DNA of 63,583 bases, filler included, from 9 parts of 9 records of this genome joined end to end with filler, not necessarily neighbours in it; one strand, 5' to 3'; shown: positions 10,115-20,058, numbered from the whole stretch's first letter. A program made the numbers and translations. The notes: generated by a model from the sequence alone, not told the origin.

Positions 10115-10281
10115 TCTCGCCCCCTCCAGTTCCGGTTTTCTTATTCCGGCCTGATCGATATTGAATTTGTGCAAACATGAAATTACGCTTGCTCTCTTTT
10201 TATTATCGTACTATGATATTATTGTACGATTCTACGAATTGTCAATAATAAAAGATTTTATGATTTCAGGAGCATCGAAAA

Positions 10282-10950
10282 TTGAAAACGATATTCCCCG
10301 GTATAAGTCCATCGCTCATGTGCGGAAACAGCCTGAAACAAGGATTGTATGTAACATTGCTGAATTCACTGCCTATCTCCTGGTATCATATTGATTTTAT
10401 GGATGGACACTTTGTCCCTAATATTGGATTAAATCCAAACTTCATTCGGGATTTACGGAAAGCCACTACAAAAATGATTGAAGTCCATCTTATGTGCACT
10501 ACTCCCTCTGACTGGATAGGGAAGATGATCGATTTGGGTGTTGATGCGATTTCCTTTCATTACGAGACTGTCTCAAAACCCGACGTATTATTACAGCAGA
10601 TACGACAAGCCGGCATTTTGGCCGGAATCACGTTAAGCCCTCAAACATCTGAGGAGGTTATCAAGCCAAGTATTGACTTCCTCAACTATGTAACATTGAT
10701 GGGAGTTAATCCCGGATTTGAAGGGCAAAATTTTCTTCCTGAGATCTATTCAAAAACCCGTTCCTTGAAAAAAGTAATAATTTCTGAGGAAAAGGATGTA
10801 TTTATCCAAGTTGATGGCGGAATTGATATGAACATTGGGAAACGCCTGCTGGCTGAAGGAGCGGACATCCTAGTAGGCGGAGTTCCTACCTTGTTCAGGG
10901 ATAAGAATCTTGTAGATAGTTTTCAGGAATTTTACGCAATTTTCTCATGA
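10282..10950 (+). CDS. Ribulose-phosphate 3-epimerase family (Rpe/AlsE-like)
   Basis: ISPSLMC, HIDFMDGHFVPN, EVHLM, MGVNPGFEGQ, VDGGI. Confidence 0.9.
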   Translation: MKTIFPGISPSLMCGNSLKQGLYVTLLNSLPISWYHIDFMDGHFVPNIGLNPNFIRDLRKATTKMIEVHLMCTTPSDWIGKMIDLGVDAISFHYETVSKPDVLLQQIRQAGILAGITLSPQTSEEVIKPSIDFLNYVTLMGVNPGFEGQNFLPEIYSKTRSLKKVIISEEKDVFIQVDGGIDMNIGKRLLAEGADILVGGVPTLFRDKNLVDSFQEFYAIFS

Positions 10951-11022
10951 AGAATTGATTGAGGTAATGCACCAATCAATCCTGAAAACCGGTGCACAAG
11001 TATATGAATAAGAAACTACGGA

Positions 11023-12792
11023 CTATTGCTTTTTATATACAATCCCCTGGTGCTGCAGTGTTCTGTTTTCAGGATCGTATACGACTTTTTCGCCATTAAA
11101 TACCCCGCCCACGACAGTAAATGTATACTGACTGGTCTCCATCAAGTACCCGACCGACTGCATATATAACGCTTGACTATCAATGGTAACTTGACAGCGA
11201 TCATACGTACCTGCAATAAGTTTCCAACTATCCGGGATTTCTTCAGATTGAGGATAGCGCGGGCACACTTCATATGAAAGATCTGAAACTCGGATAATGA
11301 TCGAATTTGATTCCGTATCCAGTTTTTCCCCATACGGAAATATCACCTCCAAATAATCCAAGTCCACCGGGGAAAAAGCATTCAAAATATTATTCCCCAG
11401 CCAATGACTGGCAGAACAGACAATACCAATCTCATCTGCATATGCAGGATGCAGTTTCATTTTCAACGGGCCAAATTTCATTTTCATCGCAGCATCATCA
11501 ACATCCAATTCTAACAGCTGCCCGTAACCGATATAGCGGCCTGCAATTTCACTATCGATTGCATCCCCAGGCAATTTTTGTTCCAACGTCTTGTCTGATT
11601 CCCTGGCAGGGTCTAATTCGGTGGTCTCCTTTACTGCATTAAATAGCTCTTTCACCAGCATAAATAACCGGGCACTCTCATAGCTCCCAGTATTGGTTAA
11701 TATACTTATTCCAGTATCCGATTCCGGCATCAGTGTAAGAATCGCGGCAGCATCGTAATCGCCTCCCTGATGATACAGCAGTGTCTCACCAAGAAATCGT
11801 GAACTGATCATCCACCCATATCCCATTGGAATACTAACCGGAACCATTTCATTTTGTTGTGAAAAAGCCATATCGAGCGTGTGTTCAGATATCGGCAGCT
11901 CTTCCGGTTCCTTCGAAAGCAGCAGCCGCATGCAGGCTGCTAAATCTTCTGCAGTGGTAAACAAGTTTCCCGAAGCAAGTTGATCGATGTCATACGGAGG
12001 GATTGCATCATATTGATAATTCTTATACACATATCCTTTCGCAACCGGTTCTGAATCAGGCAATCCACCGAGATAGAATGTACTGTTGTGCATATGATAA
12101 TCTGCCAAGACGGTATTTTTCATGTGAAAAGCAAAACTACTGCTGGTATTCACCTCAATTATTCTACCCAGAATATTGTATCCGACATTGCTGTACTGAT
12201 AGCGGCTGCCGGCAGGATACACTGCACCTGATCCAGCCAGGGATGCTGTATGCAGTCGCATAGCATCTGTAATTGGAACACTTGACTGGTGGAAATATGA
12301 GTTTCTGGGTAAGCCGGCACTATGCGTCAATAACTGCTGTACAGTAGGGTGTTTACCCCCGTTAGTGGTATAGTCAGGCCATTCAGGCAAGACTGATGCA
12401 ACCAAGTCATCCGGGGAAATTTTTCCATCATTTATGAGCTGCACTACCCCTAAAGCTGTAAAAGTCTTTGCTAATGAATAGGCCCGGAAAATTGTATTAG
12501 GAGTTGCTGGAATTTTTTCATCCCTGTCGGCTTCTCCATATCCTCTCAGCACAAGGATGTAATCCCCTTGCACAATAGCCAATGATAGACCGGGGATATG
12601 ATTTTTCTTCATAAAACTCGAAATTAGTGAGTCAATTTCTACAAGAACTTTTTCGTCTGCAGTTTCTTCGAGATGACTGGGAACTATTTGGACAGCACAA
12701 CCGCTGACTATCAAGAGCATAACGGATAAGAGGATCAATACAGAGCATAGCGGCTGCTTTGAAACAGTAATGTGTGGTTTCATACATTTCAC
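11023..12792 (-). CDS. Serine hydrolase, beta-lactamase class C-like family, lipoprotein
   Basis: Lipobox VSGC; SxxK (SLAK), LLTHSAG, YSN, HQGG. Confidence 0.85.
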   Translation of the reverse strand: MKCMKPHITVSKQPLCSVLILLSVMLLIVSGCAVQIVPSHLEETADEKVLVEIDSLISSFMKKNHIPGLSLAIVQGDYILVLRGYGEADRDEKIPATPNTIFRAYSLAKTFTALGVVQLINDGKISPDDLVASVLPEWPDYTTNGGKHPTVQQLLTHSAGLPRNSYFHQSSVPITDAMRLHTASLAGSGAVYPAGSRYQYSNVGYNILGRIIEVNTSSSFAFHMKNTVLADYHMHNSTFYLGGLPDSEPVAKGYVYKNYQYDAIPPYDIDQLASGNLFTTAEDLAACMRLLLSKEPEELPISEHTLDMAFSQQNEMVPVSIPMGYGWMISSRFLGETLLYHQGGDYDAAAILTLMPESDTGISILTNTGSYESARLFMLVKELFNAVKETTELDPARESDKTLEQKLPGDAIDSEIAGRYIGYGQLLELDVDDAAMKMKFGPLKMKLHPAYADEIGIVCSASHWLGNNILNAFSPVDLDYLEVIFPYGEKLDTESNSIIIRVSDLSYEVCPRYPQSEEIPDSWKLIAGTYDRCQVTIDSQALYMQSVGYLMETSQYTFTVVGGVFNGEKVVYDPENRTLQHQGIVYKKQ

Positions 12793-12838
12793 CTCACATG
12801 CTGAGATATATCGATCCTAGTATACCATAATGTTTTTC

Positions 12839-12860
12839 AACTGACCGAAAGAGTGTGGGA
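12839..12860 (+). repeat. 22-bp dispersed repeat, copy 2 (one mismatch)
   Basis: AACTGACCGAAAGAGTGTGGGA. Confidence 0.9.
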
Positions 12861-12865
12861 TTTGT

Positions 12866-14194
12866 TCAAACAGTCTTACTTTCAGTTACAACGTAGCCCG
12901 CGCTTCTCACGGCTTCTTCTGCCTGCTCCAGATTAAAATCTCCATCGATAAAAGCGCACTTAGCCTCAAGGCTTACTGAAATTTTCTCCACACCGCTGAC
13001 CAAACTCAATGCCTTTTCCACATTTGCAGTACAGTGGCCGCAGCTCATTCCTTCGATTCCAATTGATACCATCTTATCTTCCTGCTGCAGTACAGCCTCT
13101 GCCCCAGTTGTGCGCACGGCAAATTTAGCCCTCGCCTGCCGATATAATACAATAAGCAGCATACTCAGGAAAAATATCGATACGACTATGGTAAATAATC
13201 CATATGTTTGTTCATCGTGCATGTGCTGCACGGCTCTGCCAAAGGGAGAGATTCCCAGACTGCCGTAAATAAAATCCATAATAAACCCAAAAGCCAGACT
13301 GCCGATAATGATTGTCGCTAAATACCGAATAGTAGTTTTCCGCCCCAGTGCTTTCGTAATAATAGCTAGAGATGCCGCATTTGTTGCCGGACCAGCCACC
13401 AGAAAAACGTATGCTGCACCAGGTGAAAATCCTTTGGCAATAAGGGCAACAGCAATTGGAATACTGGCTGTAGAACAAATATACATAGGAACTCCGATAA
13501 CAACCATGAAGAGCATACTGATTATAGGACGTGAAAGAAAAGTCCCTGCAAAAAAATCATCCGGTAGCAGGATTGATATAATTGCCGCCAGAGCCAATCC
13601 GATCAAAAAGTTCACGGCAATATCATCCAGCAGCTCGAAGAAGGCATAATCAAAACTCTTTCTGATCTTGCCAAAAACCCCCTGATACCGTTCATCCTGC
13701 ATAGCAGTCATCCTGATATTTCGTTTAACAGCTGAGGATTCCTCAGACACCGATTGCCTTGGATTGCTGACAGATCGGTCAAACAGAAAGTTGGCAATAC
13801 CTCCGGCCATACCCATGAGCAAGGCAGCTACTGCCCGGAAGAACGCAAATAACGGACCCAGCATACCCCAGGTAGCTGCAATACTGTCTACACCTGTTTG
13901 CGGAGTTGATATAAGAAATGAAAGAACTGATGATTTTGATGCTCCTGAATTCTTCAAATACACTGCTGTAGGAACTACCCCGCATGAGCAGAGTGGCAGA
14001 GGAACACCGAAAAGAGCTGATTTAAAGACGGAAGACAGGTTGTTTCCGCCGATTTGCCTGGCTACAAAGTCCTTACTGAGTAGTACATGCAGAATCCCGG
14101 CAATCACGATCCCTAATGTGATATAGGGAGCCATCTCGATAAATAGTGAAACCAATTCCTGTAAAAATAATAAAATATAATCAAATACAATCAT
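12866..14194 (-). CDS. SO_0444/ArsP-like metal permease with C-terminal HMA domain
   Basis: PLPLCSCGVVP, STPQTGVDS, PMYICSTAS, GPATN; C-terminal GMSCGHC. Confidence 0.9.
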   Translation of the reverse strand: MIVFDYILLFLQELVSLFIEMAPYITLGIVIAGILHVLLSKDFVARQIGGNNLSSVFKSALFGVPLPLCSCGVVPTAVYLKNSGASKSSVLSFLISTPQTGVDSIAATWGMLGPLFAFFRAVAALLMGMAGGIANFLFDRSVSNPRQSVSEESSAVKRNIRMTAMQDERYQGVFGKIRKSFDYAFFELLDDIAVNFLIGLALAAIISILLPDDFFAGTFLSRPIISMLFMVVIGVPMYICSTASIPIAVALIAKGFSPGAAYVFLVAGPATNAASLAIITKALGRKTTIRYLATIIIGSLAFGFIMDFIYGSLGISPFGRAVQHMHDEQTYGLFTIVVSIFFLSMLLIVLYRQARAKFAVRTTGAEAVLQQEDKMVSIGIEGMSCGHCTANVEKALSLVSGVEKISVSLEAKCAFIDGDFNLEQAEEAVRSAGYVVTESKTV

Positions 14195-14202
14195 GTTTGC
14201 CT

Positions 14203-14556
14203 CTACTCATACAGGTGATTCAATCCTGTAGCTAAAATCTCCTCTATATGCTTATCATTGATGGAATAGAATACCTGCTTTCCTTCTTTGCGGTATTTCA
14301 CCAAGCGAGCCTGCCGCAGGAGTTTTAACTGATGACTCACTGCTGTCTGCTGCATCTCCACCAGTGATGCGATATCATGAACGCAGTATTCTCCACTTTT
14401 CAGCAGAAAAAGAATTCTGACTCGTGTTGCATCCCCGAAGATCTTGAAAAATACCGCAAGGTCCTGGATTTCTTCTTCCACGGGAAGTTCCCGGCGTAAT
14501 GTATCAGCTTCCGCTTCAGTTAAATTACAAGAGACCTTCCTATTTTCGATGCTCAT
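14203..14556 (-). CDS. ArsR/SmtB family metal-sensing repressor
   Basis: FKIFGDATRVRIL, CVHDIA, VSHQLKLLR, DKH..LNHLYE alpha5-type site. Confidence 0.95.
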   Translation of the reverse strand: MSIENRKVSCNLTEAEADTLRRELPVEEEIQDLAVFFKIFGDATRVRILFLLKSGEYCVHDIASLVEMQQTAVSHQLKLLRQARLVKYRKEGKQVFYSINDKHIEEILATGLNHLYE

Positions 14557-14581
14557 ACTACCTCCAGTACTACATATGCAC

Positions 14582-14628
14582 GTATGAATACTTGTTCATA
14601 CATCATACATATTCTTCCCCCCTGTCAA
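14582..14628 (-). promoter_or_regulatory. SmtB/CadC-type operator and promoter of arsR-permease
   Basis: Inverted repeat GTATGAA-N6-TTCATAC (14582-14601) next to TTGACA..TATGAT on the minus strand (spacer 15 nt, includes a G run). Confidence 0.7.
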
Positions 14629-14688
14629 GCATAAGGGAATCGTTCTCCGAATTGATTGATAGATGAGTATCACTTAGTACTTTTTTTT

Positions 14689-14710
14689 AACTGACCGGAA
14701 GAGTGTGGGA
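14689..14710 (+). repeat. 22-bp dispersed repeat, copy 3, at contig end
   Basis: AACTGACCGGAAGAGTGTGGGA. Confidence 0.9.
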
Positions 14711-14813
14711 TTNNNNNNNNNNNNNNNNNNNNNNNNNNNNNNNNNNNNNNNNNNNNTTAATTAATTAANNNNNNNNNNNNNNNNNNNNNNNNNNNNNNNN
14801 NNNNNNNNNNNNC

Positions 14814-15005
14814 ACTGCCGACAGCACCGAGAACCTGACGCCCTACGGGACGCTCAACCAGTACGACTATCTGATCATTCCCAACTCCCGCACCATGTCG
14901 GATGTCCGGAAGGAGCAGAGCCTCCTTTTCGGGCAGTATCTCGGTAAAATCCTGGAACCGGAGATCACCCACTACAATTACAAGGTGTTCTGCATCCTGA
15001 AATAA
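14814..15005 (+). CDS. C-terminal fragment of an unidentified protein
   Basis: Open frame TADSTENLTPYG...YKVFCILK* with GC3-rich codons from the contig start. Confidence 0.55.
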   Translation, partial: TADSTENLTPYGTLNQYDYLIIPNSRTMSDVRKEQSLLFGQYLGKILEPEITHYNYKVFCILK

Positions 15006-15037
15006 ACCGACTCTCATCCAATCCCGTAACAGAAGAA

Positions 15038-15069
15038 GGCCCCGAAACGCCTGCAGCGCCTCGGGGCCC
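15038..15069. terminator. GC-rich hairpin between convergent genes
   Basis: GGCCCCGA...TCGGGGCC inverted repeat. Confidence 0.5.
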
Positions 15070-15099
15070 GAAAAGGAGGTCGATTCGGAGCTCCTGCTC

Positions 15100-15891
15100 C
15101 TATGTAACGCTTCTCCAGAGGGCGTTGATTTCATCCAGAGCCCTGTCCGAGTCCCCGGTCGGTGCGAACTCGAACCCGATGAATCCGTCGTACCCGCGGG
15201 ATCCCAGCCGATCCAGAACCGTTGTCCATCTCCGGCTGTCTCCCAGTGGTTCATGGCGTCCCGGATAGTCGGCTATATGAACGTAGCCGATCATATCACC
15301 GTATCTGTCGATCAGTTCCAGCGGATCGTCACCCATCATGCCCTGGTGGTAGAAATCGCATAGGATTTTCAACCGCGTGTCGTCGACTTCCTGGATGATG
15401 CCCCTGGCCGTCTCCAGGTCCGGAAGGAAGTAACCCACATGGTCGAGTCTGGTGTTCAGGGGTTCCAGTACCAGGGTCATGTCCTCCGGCAGCAGCTTTA
15501 GGAGTCGACGAAGGCCAGCGATACAATTATTCCGTTTCTCCGACTCGGGCATGCGGTCCAGCGGATGGACCACGATCCCTTCCTCTCCCAGTTCGTTGGT
15601 CAGGACCATGAGAATGGAGTTGCCTAGTTGTTTCGCGGCGGATACCGAAGATATCAGATCTTCTTCAATCAGATTGTGAGTGGCGTCATCGATGAGGTCG
15701 CCCCGGCGCTGCCCGCTGAAATTGGAAATACCGACGCCGTTCGTTTCGCACGCCGAACGGATAGCTCCGATGTTTTTGTCCCGCCAGGACCAGAACTCAA
15801 CGTAACTGAAGCCCCGGGAGGCAATCCGGGGAATCTTCTCCTCGGATTGCAGTTCCGGATACAGCATTTCAAAGCAGATGGAAGGATTCAC
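15100..15891 (-). CDS. Hydroxypyruvate isomerase-like TIM-barrel isomerase
   Basis: VEFW, LEPLN, DFYHQ, HIADYPGRHEP, GFEF. Confidence 0.8.
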   Translation of the reverse strand: MNPSICFEMLYPELQSEEKIPRIASRGFSYVEFWSWRDKNIGAIRSACETNGVGISNFSGQRRGDLIDDATHNLIEEDLISSVSAAKQLGNSILMVLTNELGEEGIVVHPLDRMPESEKRNNCIAGLRRLLKLLPEDMTLVLEPLNTRLDHVGYFLPDLETARGIIQEVDDTRLKILCDFYHQGMMGDDPLELIDRYGDMIGYVHIADYPGRHEPLGDSRRWTTVLDRLGSRGYDGFIGFEFAPTGDSDRALDEINALWRSVT

Positions 15892-16907
15892 CGATCCACC
15901 TCGCTAAGGCGGACCGGCCGGTTCTCCTCCAGTGATTTCATCGCAGCGAGGGCCATCACGACAGGCATCCGGCCATCGGCACCGGTCACCGGAGGCGGTG
16001 TATCTTCCGCCAGACAGCCCACAAACGCCTGGAATTCACGTATGTAGGCGTCGGTGTACCGTTCGATGAAGAAGAACGGCGGGAGATCCGCCTGAACTTT
16101 GTCGCTGTTGCTCAGAACGACCGTGTTGGTCTCCACATTTTTCGCTTCAAGCATGCCGGCCGAACCGAAGGCTTCAATTCTCTGGTCGTATCCGTAGACC
16201 GCCTCGCGGCTGTTGTCGATGATTCCCAGCGCCCCGTTGGCGAATTTTAGGTTGATGACAGCCGAATCGATGTCGCCGGCTTTACCGATTTCCGGATCAA
16301 CCAGAACGGCGCCGCTGGCATAGACCTCCTCCACCTCGCTTCCGGACAGGAAACGGACCATATCGAAGTCATGGATGGTCATGTCGCGGAACAGACCACC
16401 GGACCGTCGGATGTACTCGACCGGCGGGGGGCCCGGATCCCGGCTTGCCACCCGCAGGAAACGCAGGTCTCCGATTTCTCCGGCTTCGATGCCTTCTCTG
16501 ACTCGGGAGAAATGGGGATCAAAGCGCCGGTTGAATCCTATTTGAAGCTTCACATCGCATTCGGCCACTACCGCCAGAGTCTCATCAATCTTCTCAAGGT
16601 CCAGATCGATGGGTTTCTCACAAAAGATATGTTTTCCCGCTCTGGCGGCCGTCTGGATGAAGTCCGCATGGGTATCGGTACTGGAGCAGATTACTACAGC
16701 ATCAATTTCCGGATTCTCGAAAACGTCCTCGACACGGGACGTCGCCAGGGGGATATCCAGGTGCCTGGCACATTTCTCAGCCGTCGCCAGGTGGACGTCG
16801 GCGATCGCGAGAACCCTGACACCCTCCACTCGTTTCGTCAGAAGCTCCGCATGCAGGCTTCCGATCCGGCCGGCTCCCAGTACCCCGATGTTCACAATTT
16901 GAGACAT
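15888..16907 (-). CDS. iolG: myo-Inositol 2-dehydrogenase
   Basis: GAGRIG, CEKP, GFNRRFD, SRDP, DMTIHDFD, YGYDQRIE. Confidence 0.9.
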   Translation of the reverse strand: MSQIVNIGVLGAGRIGSLHAELLTKRVEGVRVLAIADVHLATAEKCARHLDIPLATSRVEDVFENPEIDAVVICSSTDTHADFIQTAARAGKHIFCEKPIDLDLEKIDETLAVVAECDVKLQIGFNRRFDPHFSRVREGIEAGEIGDLRFLRVASRDPGPPPVEYIRRSGGLFRDMTIHDFDMVRFLSGSEVEEVYASGAVLVDPEIGKAGDIDSAVINLKFANGALGIIDNSREAVYGYDQRIEAFGSAGMLEAKNVETNTVVLSNSDKVQADLPPFFFIERYTDAYIREFQAFVGCLAEDTPPPVTGADGRMPVVMALAAMKSLEENRPVRLSEVDR

Positions 16908-17109
16908 GTACGCCTCCTGTTGGATTCAGATTGGCCGCCACTTTACCATGGTGCTGCAGGGGAATCGATTTTTTTTGATCTATCTGCTAGGAAGGTGGAG
17001 CAGTGTAGAAGCCTATAATAGGGAGTTAAGCTCAAAGCCGTTTTTTCTGGATGCCGGCGTTCGTATCAGACATTCTTCCGAACCATCCGGAGAATGGAGA
17101 GTCGTAGCA

Positions 17110-18126
17110 ATGAGCAAGGAACTGCAAGTAGGGCTGATCGGAACGGGAGCGATCGGGCGGAGTCATGTCGAAAGAATTAACACCGTGCTTCAGGGTGCCC
17201 GGGTTGTGGCTGTATCGGACACAAATACAGATTTCGGGAAACAGGTCGCTGATGAACTGGGGCTGGAGTTCTTCGCCAGACCGGAGGACCTCATACTCTC
17301 CCGGAGTGTCGAAGCAGTGGTGATTGCCGCTTCCGATGAGCACCATGAACCCTGCACTATCGCCGCTGTCGATGCCGGTAAATATGTCTTTTGTGAGAAA
17401 CCTCTGGCACCCACCTCAGAAGGTGCCAGAAAGGTGGTGGATGCCGAGATTGCCGCCGGCCGGAAGCTGGTCCAGGTGGGTTTCATGAGACGATACGATC
17501 CGGGATACGTCCAGATGAAGGAAGTGATCGACAGCGGCCGGCTCGGTGCGCCGCTCATGATCCACTGCTGCCATCGGAATGCCGCAGCCCCGGGATTCAC
17601 CACTGATATGTCAGTGGAGAACTCCATGATCCATGAAATCGATGTGCTCCGATGGCTCCTCGGCGAGGATTACACTACGGCGGAGGTTGTGTTCCCCCGG
17701 AAGACCCGTCACACCGGAGATGAGTTCCGGGATCCCCAGATCATGTATCTGACGACGACTTCCGGTATCCGGATAGATGTGGAATCCTTCCTGACCTGCC
17801 GCTACGGCTACGATGTCCGGTGTGAAGTCGTATGCGAGGAGGGAACAGTGAGCCTTCCAGAGCCGGCCAATGCCATGCTGCGGACCGGCGCGTCCCGGGT
17901 CTATCCCATCTGCGAGGACTGGTCCCAGCGATTCCCGGAGGCTTACAACCTCGAATTCCAGGCCTGGATCAACGCTACCAAGGAAGGCCGGGTGGATGGA
18001 CCGACGGCCTGGGACGGATATGTCGCCGCCGTCACCGCGACAGCGGCATCTCAAGCCCGTGACGCCGGGAACAAGACCGTCGTCAACCTGGACGACAGGC
18101 CGTCCTTCTACGACAGGGAGAACTGA
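17110..18126 (+). CDS. iolG: Second inositol dehydrogenase (Gfo/Idh/MocA, B. subtilis IolG-like)
   Basis: GTGAIG, CEKPLA, GFMRRYD, IHEID, YGYDVRCE, GPTAWDGY. Confidence 0.8.
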   Translation: MSKELQVGLIGTGAIGRSHVERINTVLQGARVVAVSDTNTDFGKQVADELGLEFFARPEDLILSRSVEAVVIAASDEHHEPCTIAAVDAGKYVFCEKPLAPTSEGARKVVDAEIAAGRKLVQVGFMRRYDPGYVQMKEVIDSGRLGAPLMIHCCHRNAAAPGFTTDMSVENSMIHEIDVLRWLLGEDYTTAEVVFPRKTRHTGDEFRDPQIMYLTTTSGIRIDVESFLTCRYGYDVRCEVVCEEGTVSLPEPANAMLRTGASRVYPICEDWSQRFPEAYNLEFQAWINATKEGRVDGPTAWDGYVAAVTATAASQARDAGNKTVVNLDDRPSFYDREN

Positions 18127-18127
18127 T

Positions 18128-19075
18128 ATGGAACTGGCTGTATGCACCGACGTCTACGGAGAACTTGACTATCCGGACATGCTGGATCGGATCCGGGACC
18201 ACGGTATCCGCTATGTGGAGATGACTTCCGGAGGCTGGTCCTCCTGTCCTCACGTGCCGACGGATGAACTCCTGGCGGATTCGGCCAGGCTCAGCGTGTT
18301 CCGTGCGGAGCTTGAGAGCCGCGATATGGAGATTGCCGCTCTGCAGTGTTCCGGCAATCCTCTGGTGCCCACCGATTGGAGCCGGCAGCATGAGAAAACC
18401 AGCTATCAGACGGTGGAACTGGCCAGCAAGCTGGAAGTGACGAAGATCGTCATGATGTCGGGACTTCCGGCCGGTGCTCCCGGGGATGTGACGCCGAATT
18501 GGATCACTTCTACTGTGACACTGCCTCCGAACGGTTACATGTCGGAAACTGTCCGATATCAGTGGGAAGATGTGGCCATTCCATGGTGGAAGGAATTCGC
18601 AAAGTTCGCAGCAGACCACGGCGTCGAGAAGATCGCATTGGAGGAGTTCCCTTGCCAGCTCGTCTACAACCCGGAGACGCTCCTGAGGCTTCGGGACGCC
18701 ATAGGACCGATCATTGGTATGAACCTGGATCCTTCCCATCTGATCGCTATGGGGGCCGATCCCATTGCCGGTGCCCGGCTCCTGGGGGACGCCATCTATC
18801 ACATTCATGGCAAGGATGCCCGGATTGAGCGAGGTGTATGCGATGTGAACGGCCTGATGGAGACCCGGCCTGTCGACGAAGTGGCTGAACGGAGCTGGAA
18901 CTATGTCGCGGTCGGCTGCGGTCAGGATCTGCAGTGGTGGAAGGAGTTCTTTTCCGTCGTGCGGATGGTCGGGTATGATGGGATCGTGTCGCTGGAAATG
19001 GAAGACCTGACCATGAGTGTTGAGGCCGGGATGCGGACATCCGTGGATGCTCTCAGGCAGACCATCGGCCGATAG
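18128..19075 (+). CDS. Sugar phosphate isomerase/epimerase (AP endonuclease 2 TIM barrel)
   Basis: CSGNPL, MMSGLP, NLDPSHL, HIHGKD, SLEMED. Confidence 0.85.
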   Translation: MELAVCTDVYGELDYPDMLDRIRDHGIRYVEMTSGGWSSCPHVPTDELLADSARLSVFRAELESRDMEIAALQCSGNPLVPTDWSRQHEKTSYQTVELASKLEVTKIVMMSGLPAGAPGDVTPNWITSTVTLPPNGYMSETVRYQWEDVAIPWWKEFAKFAADHGVEKIALEEFPCQLVYNPETLLRLRDAIGPIIGMNLDPSHLIAMGADPIAGARLLGDAIYHIHGKDARIERGVCDVNGLMETRPVDEVAERSWNYVAVGCGQDLQWWKEFFSVVRMVGYDGIVSLEMEDLTMSVEAGMRTSVDALRQTIGR

Positions 19076-19089
19076 GGGTGCTTTCCACC

Positions 19090-20058
19090 ATGGAAAACCG
19101 TATCCGTTTCGCCCTGAATCGAATCATTCAGCCATCACTGCCGCTGTCGGATTTCATTTTACTGGCCGCCGAGTGCCGTGTATCCGGCATCGAGCTCAGA
19201 AACGACCTGCCGGATCCGTCGGTCCTTGGTGGAGAGGCGCCGGATGGCATTCGTTCGATGTGCGCCGACCTGGAGCTTGAGATCCTGAGTATCAACGCGC
19301 TTCAGCGGTTCAACGATCCGGCCCTCCTCCACAGCAACAAAGAGGCACTGCTGGATCTAATCGAGGAAGCTGTGTCCGTCGGGTGCCGGAGCATAGTCCT
19401 CTGTCCCGTCAACGATCCGGGCGACAGCCGCCGTGATGCTGCACTCCATGACGACTTGATGGAAGTCCTGCATGTTATCACCCCGTTGCTCCGACAGTCC
19501 GGCATCGCTGGTCTCGTGGAACCCCTGGGATTCGCCGGCAGCAGTCTCCGCTTCAAGAAATCGGCTCTCAGGGCCATCTCCGATGCAGGCTGTTCCGATC
19601 AGATTTCTCTGCTGCACGATACCTTTCATCACTACCTGAGCGAAGAGGATTCCCTGTTTCCGGCGCAGACTGGACTCATTCATGTTTCTGGAGTTACGAC
19701 AACCAGGGCGGAAAGGCATATCGTTGATGCCGACAGAGTACTGGTGGATCATCGTGATGTCATGAGCAGTTCCCGGCAGATCGAGGAACTCCTGTCCGGA
19801 GGTTATGCCGGGATGATATCTTTCGAGCCGTTTTCTCCAATGATCCAGACAATGAAGCCGGACAGAATCAGGAAACTGGTCACTGACAGTATTGCCTATC
19901 TGACAGAAAAATCCGACAGTTCGAAAGGAATCGGGCCGGACTCATCCATCACACCTCAATCGGAAAGGGGCTGCAATCAGAACAATAAACCTCCATCCAG
20001 AATAGGATTATCAGAAAGATGCAAAAGGTGTCACTTTTTTCATCGCATTAGGACTTAA
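19090..20058 (+). CDS. 2-keto-myo-inositol isomerase-like TIM barrel protein (C-terminal tail may be an artefact)
   Basis: FALNR, IELRND, SINALQRFN, CPVND, EPLGF, HDTFHH, DADRV, SFEPF. Confidence 0.75.
   Translation: MENRIRFALNRIIQPSLPLSDFILLAAECRVSGIELRNDLPDPSVLGGEAPDGIRSMCADLELEILSINALQRFNDPALLHSNKEALLDLIEEAVSVGCRSIVLCPVNDPGDSRRDAALHDDLMEVLHVITPLLRQSGIAGLVEPLGFAGSSLRFKKSALRAISDAGCSDQISLLHDTFHHYLSEEDSLFPAQTGLIHVSGVTTTRAERHIVDADRVLVDHRDVMSSSRQIEELLSGGYAGMISFEPFSPMIQTMKPDRIRKLVTDSIAYLTEKSDSSKGIGPDSSITPQSERGCNQNNKPPSRIGLSERCKRCHFFHRIRT

Noticed and set aside
7715-14710. 22-bp repeat as CRISPR repeat or pdif site
   Set aside because: Copies are kilobases apart in mixed orientation and do not resemble the XerC/XerD 11-6-11 consensus
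19905-20058. Novel C-terminal extension on the IolI-like protein
   Set aside because: Looks like read-through into intergenic sequence, probably from a lost stop or homopolymer error
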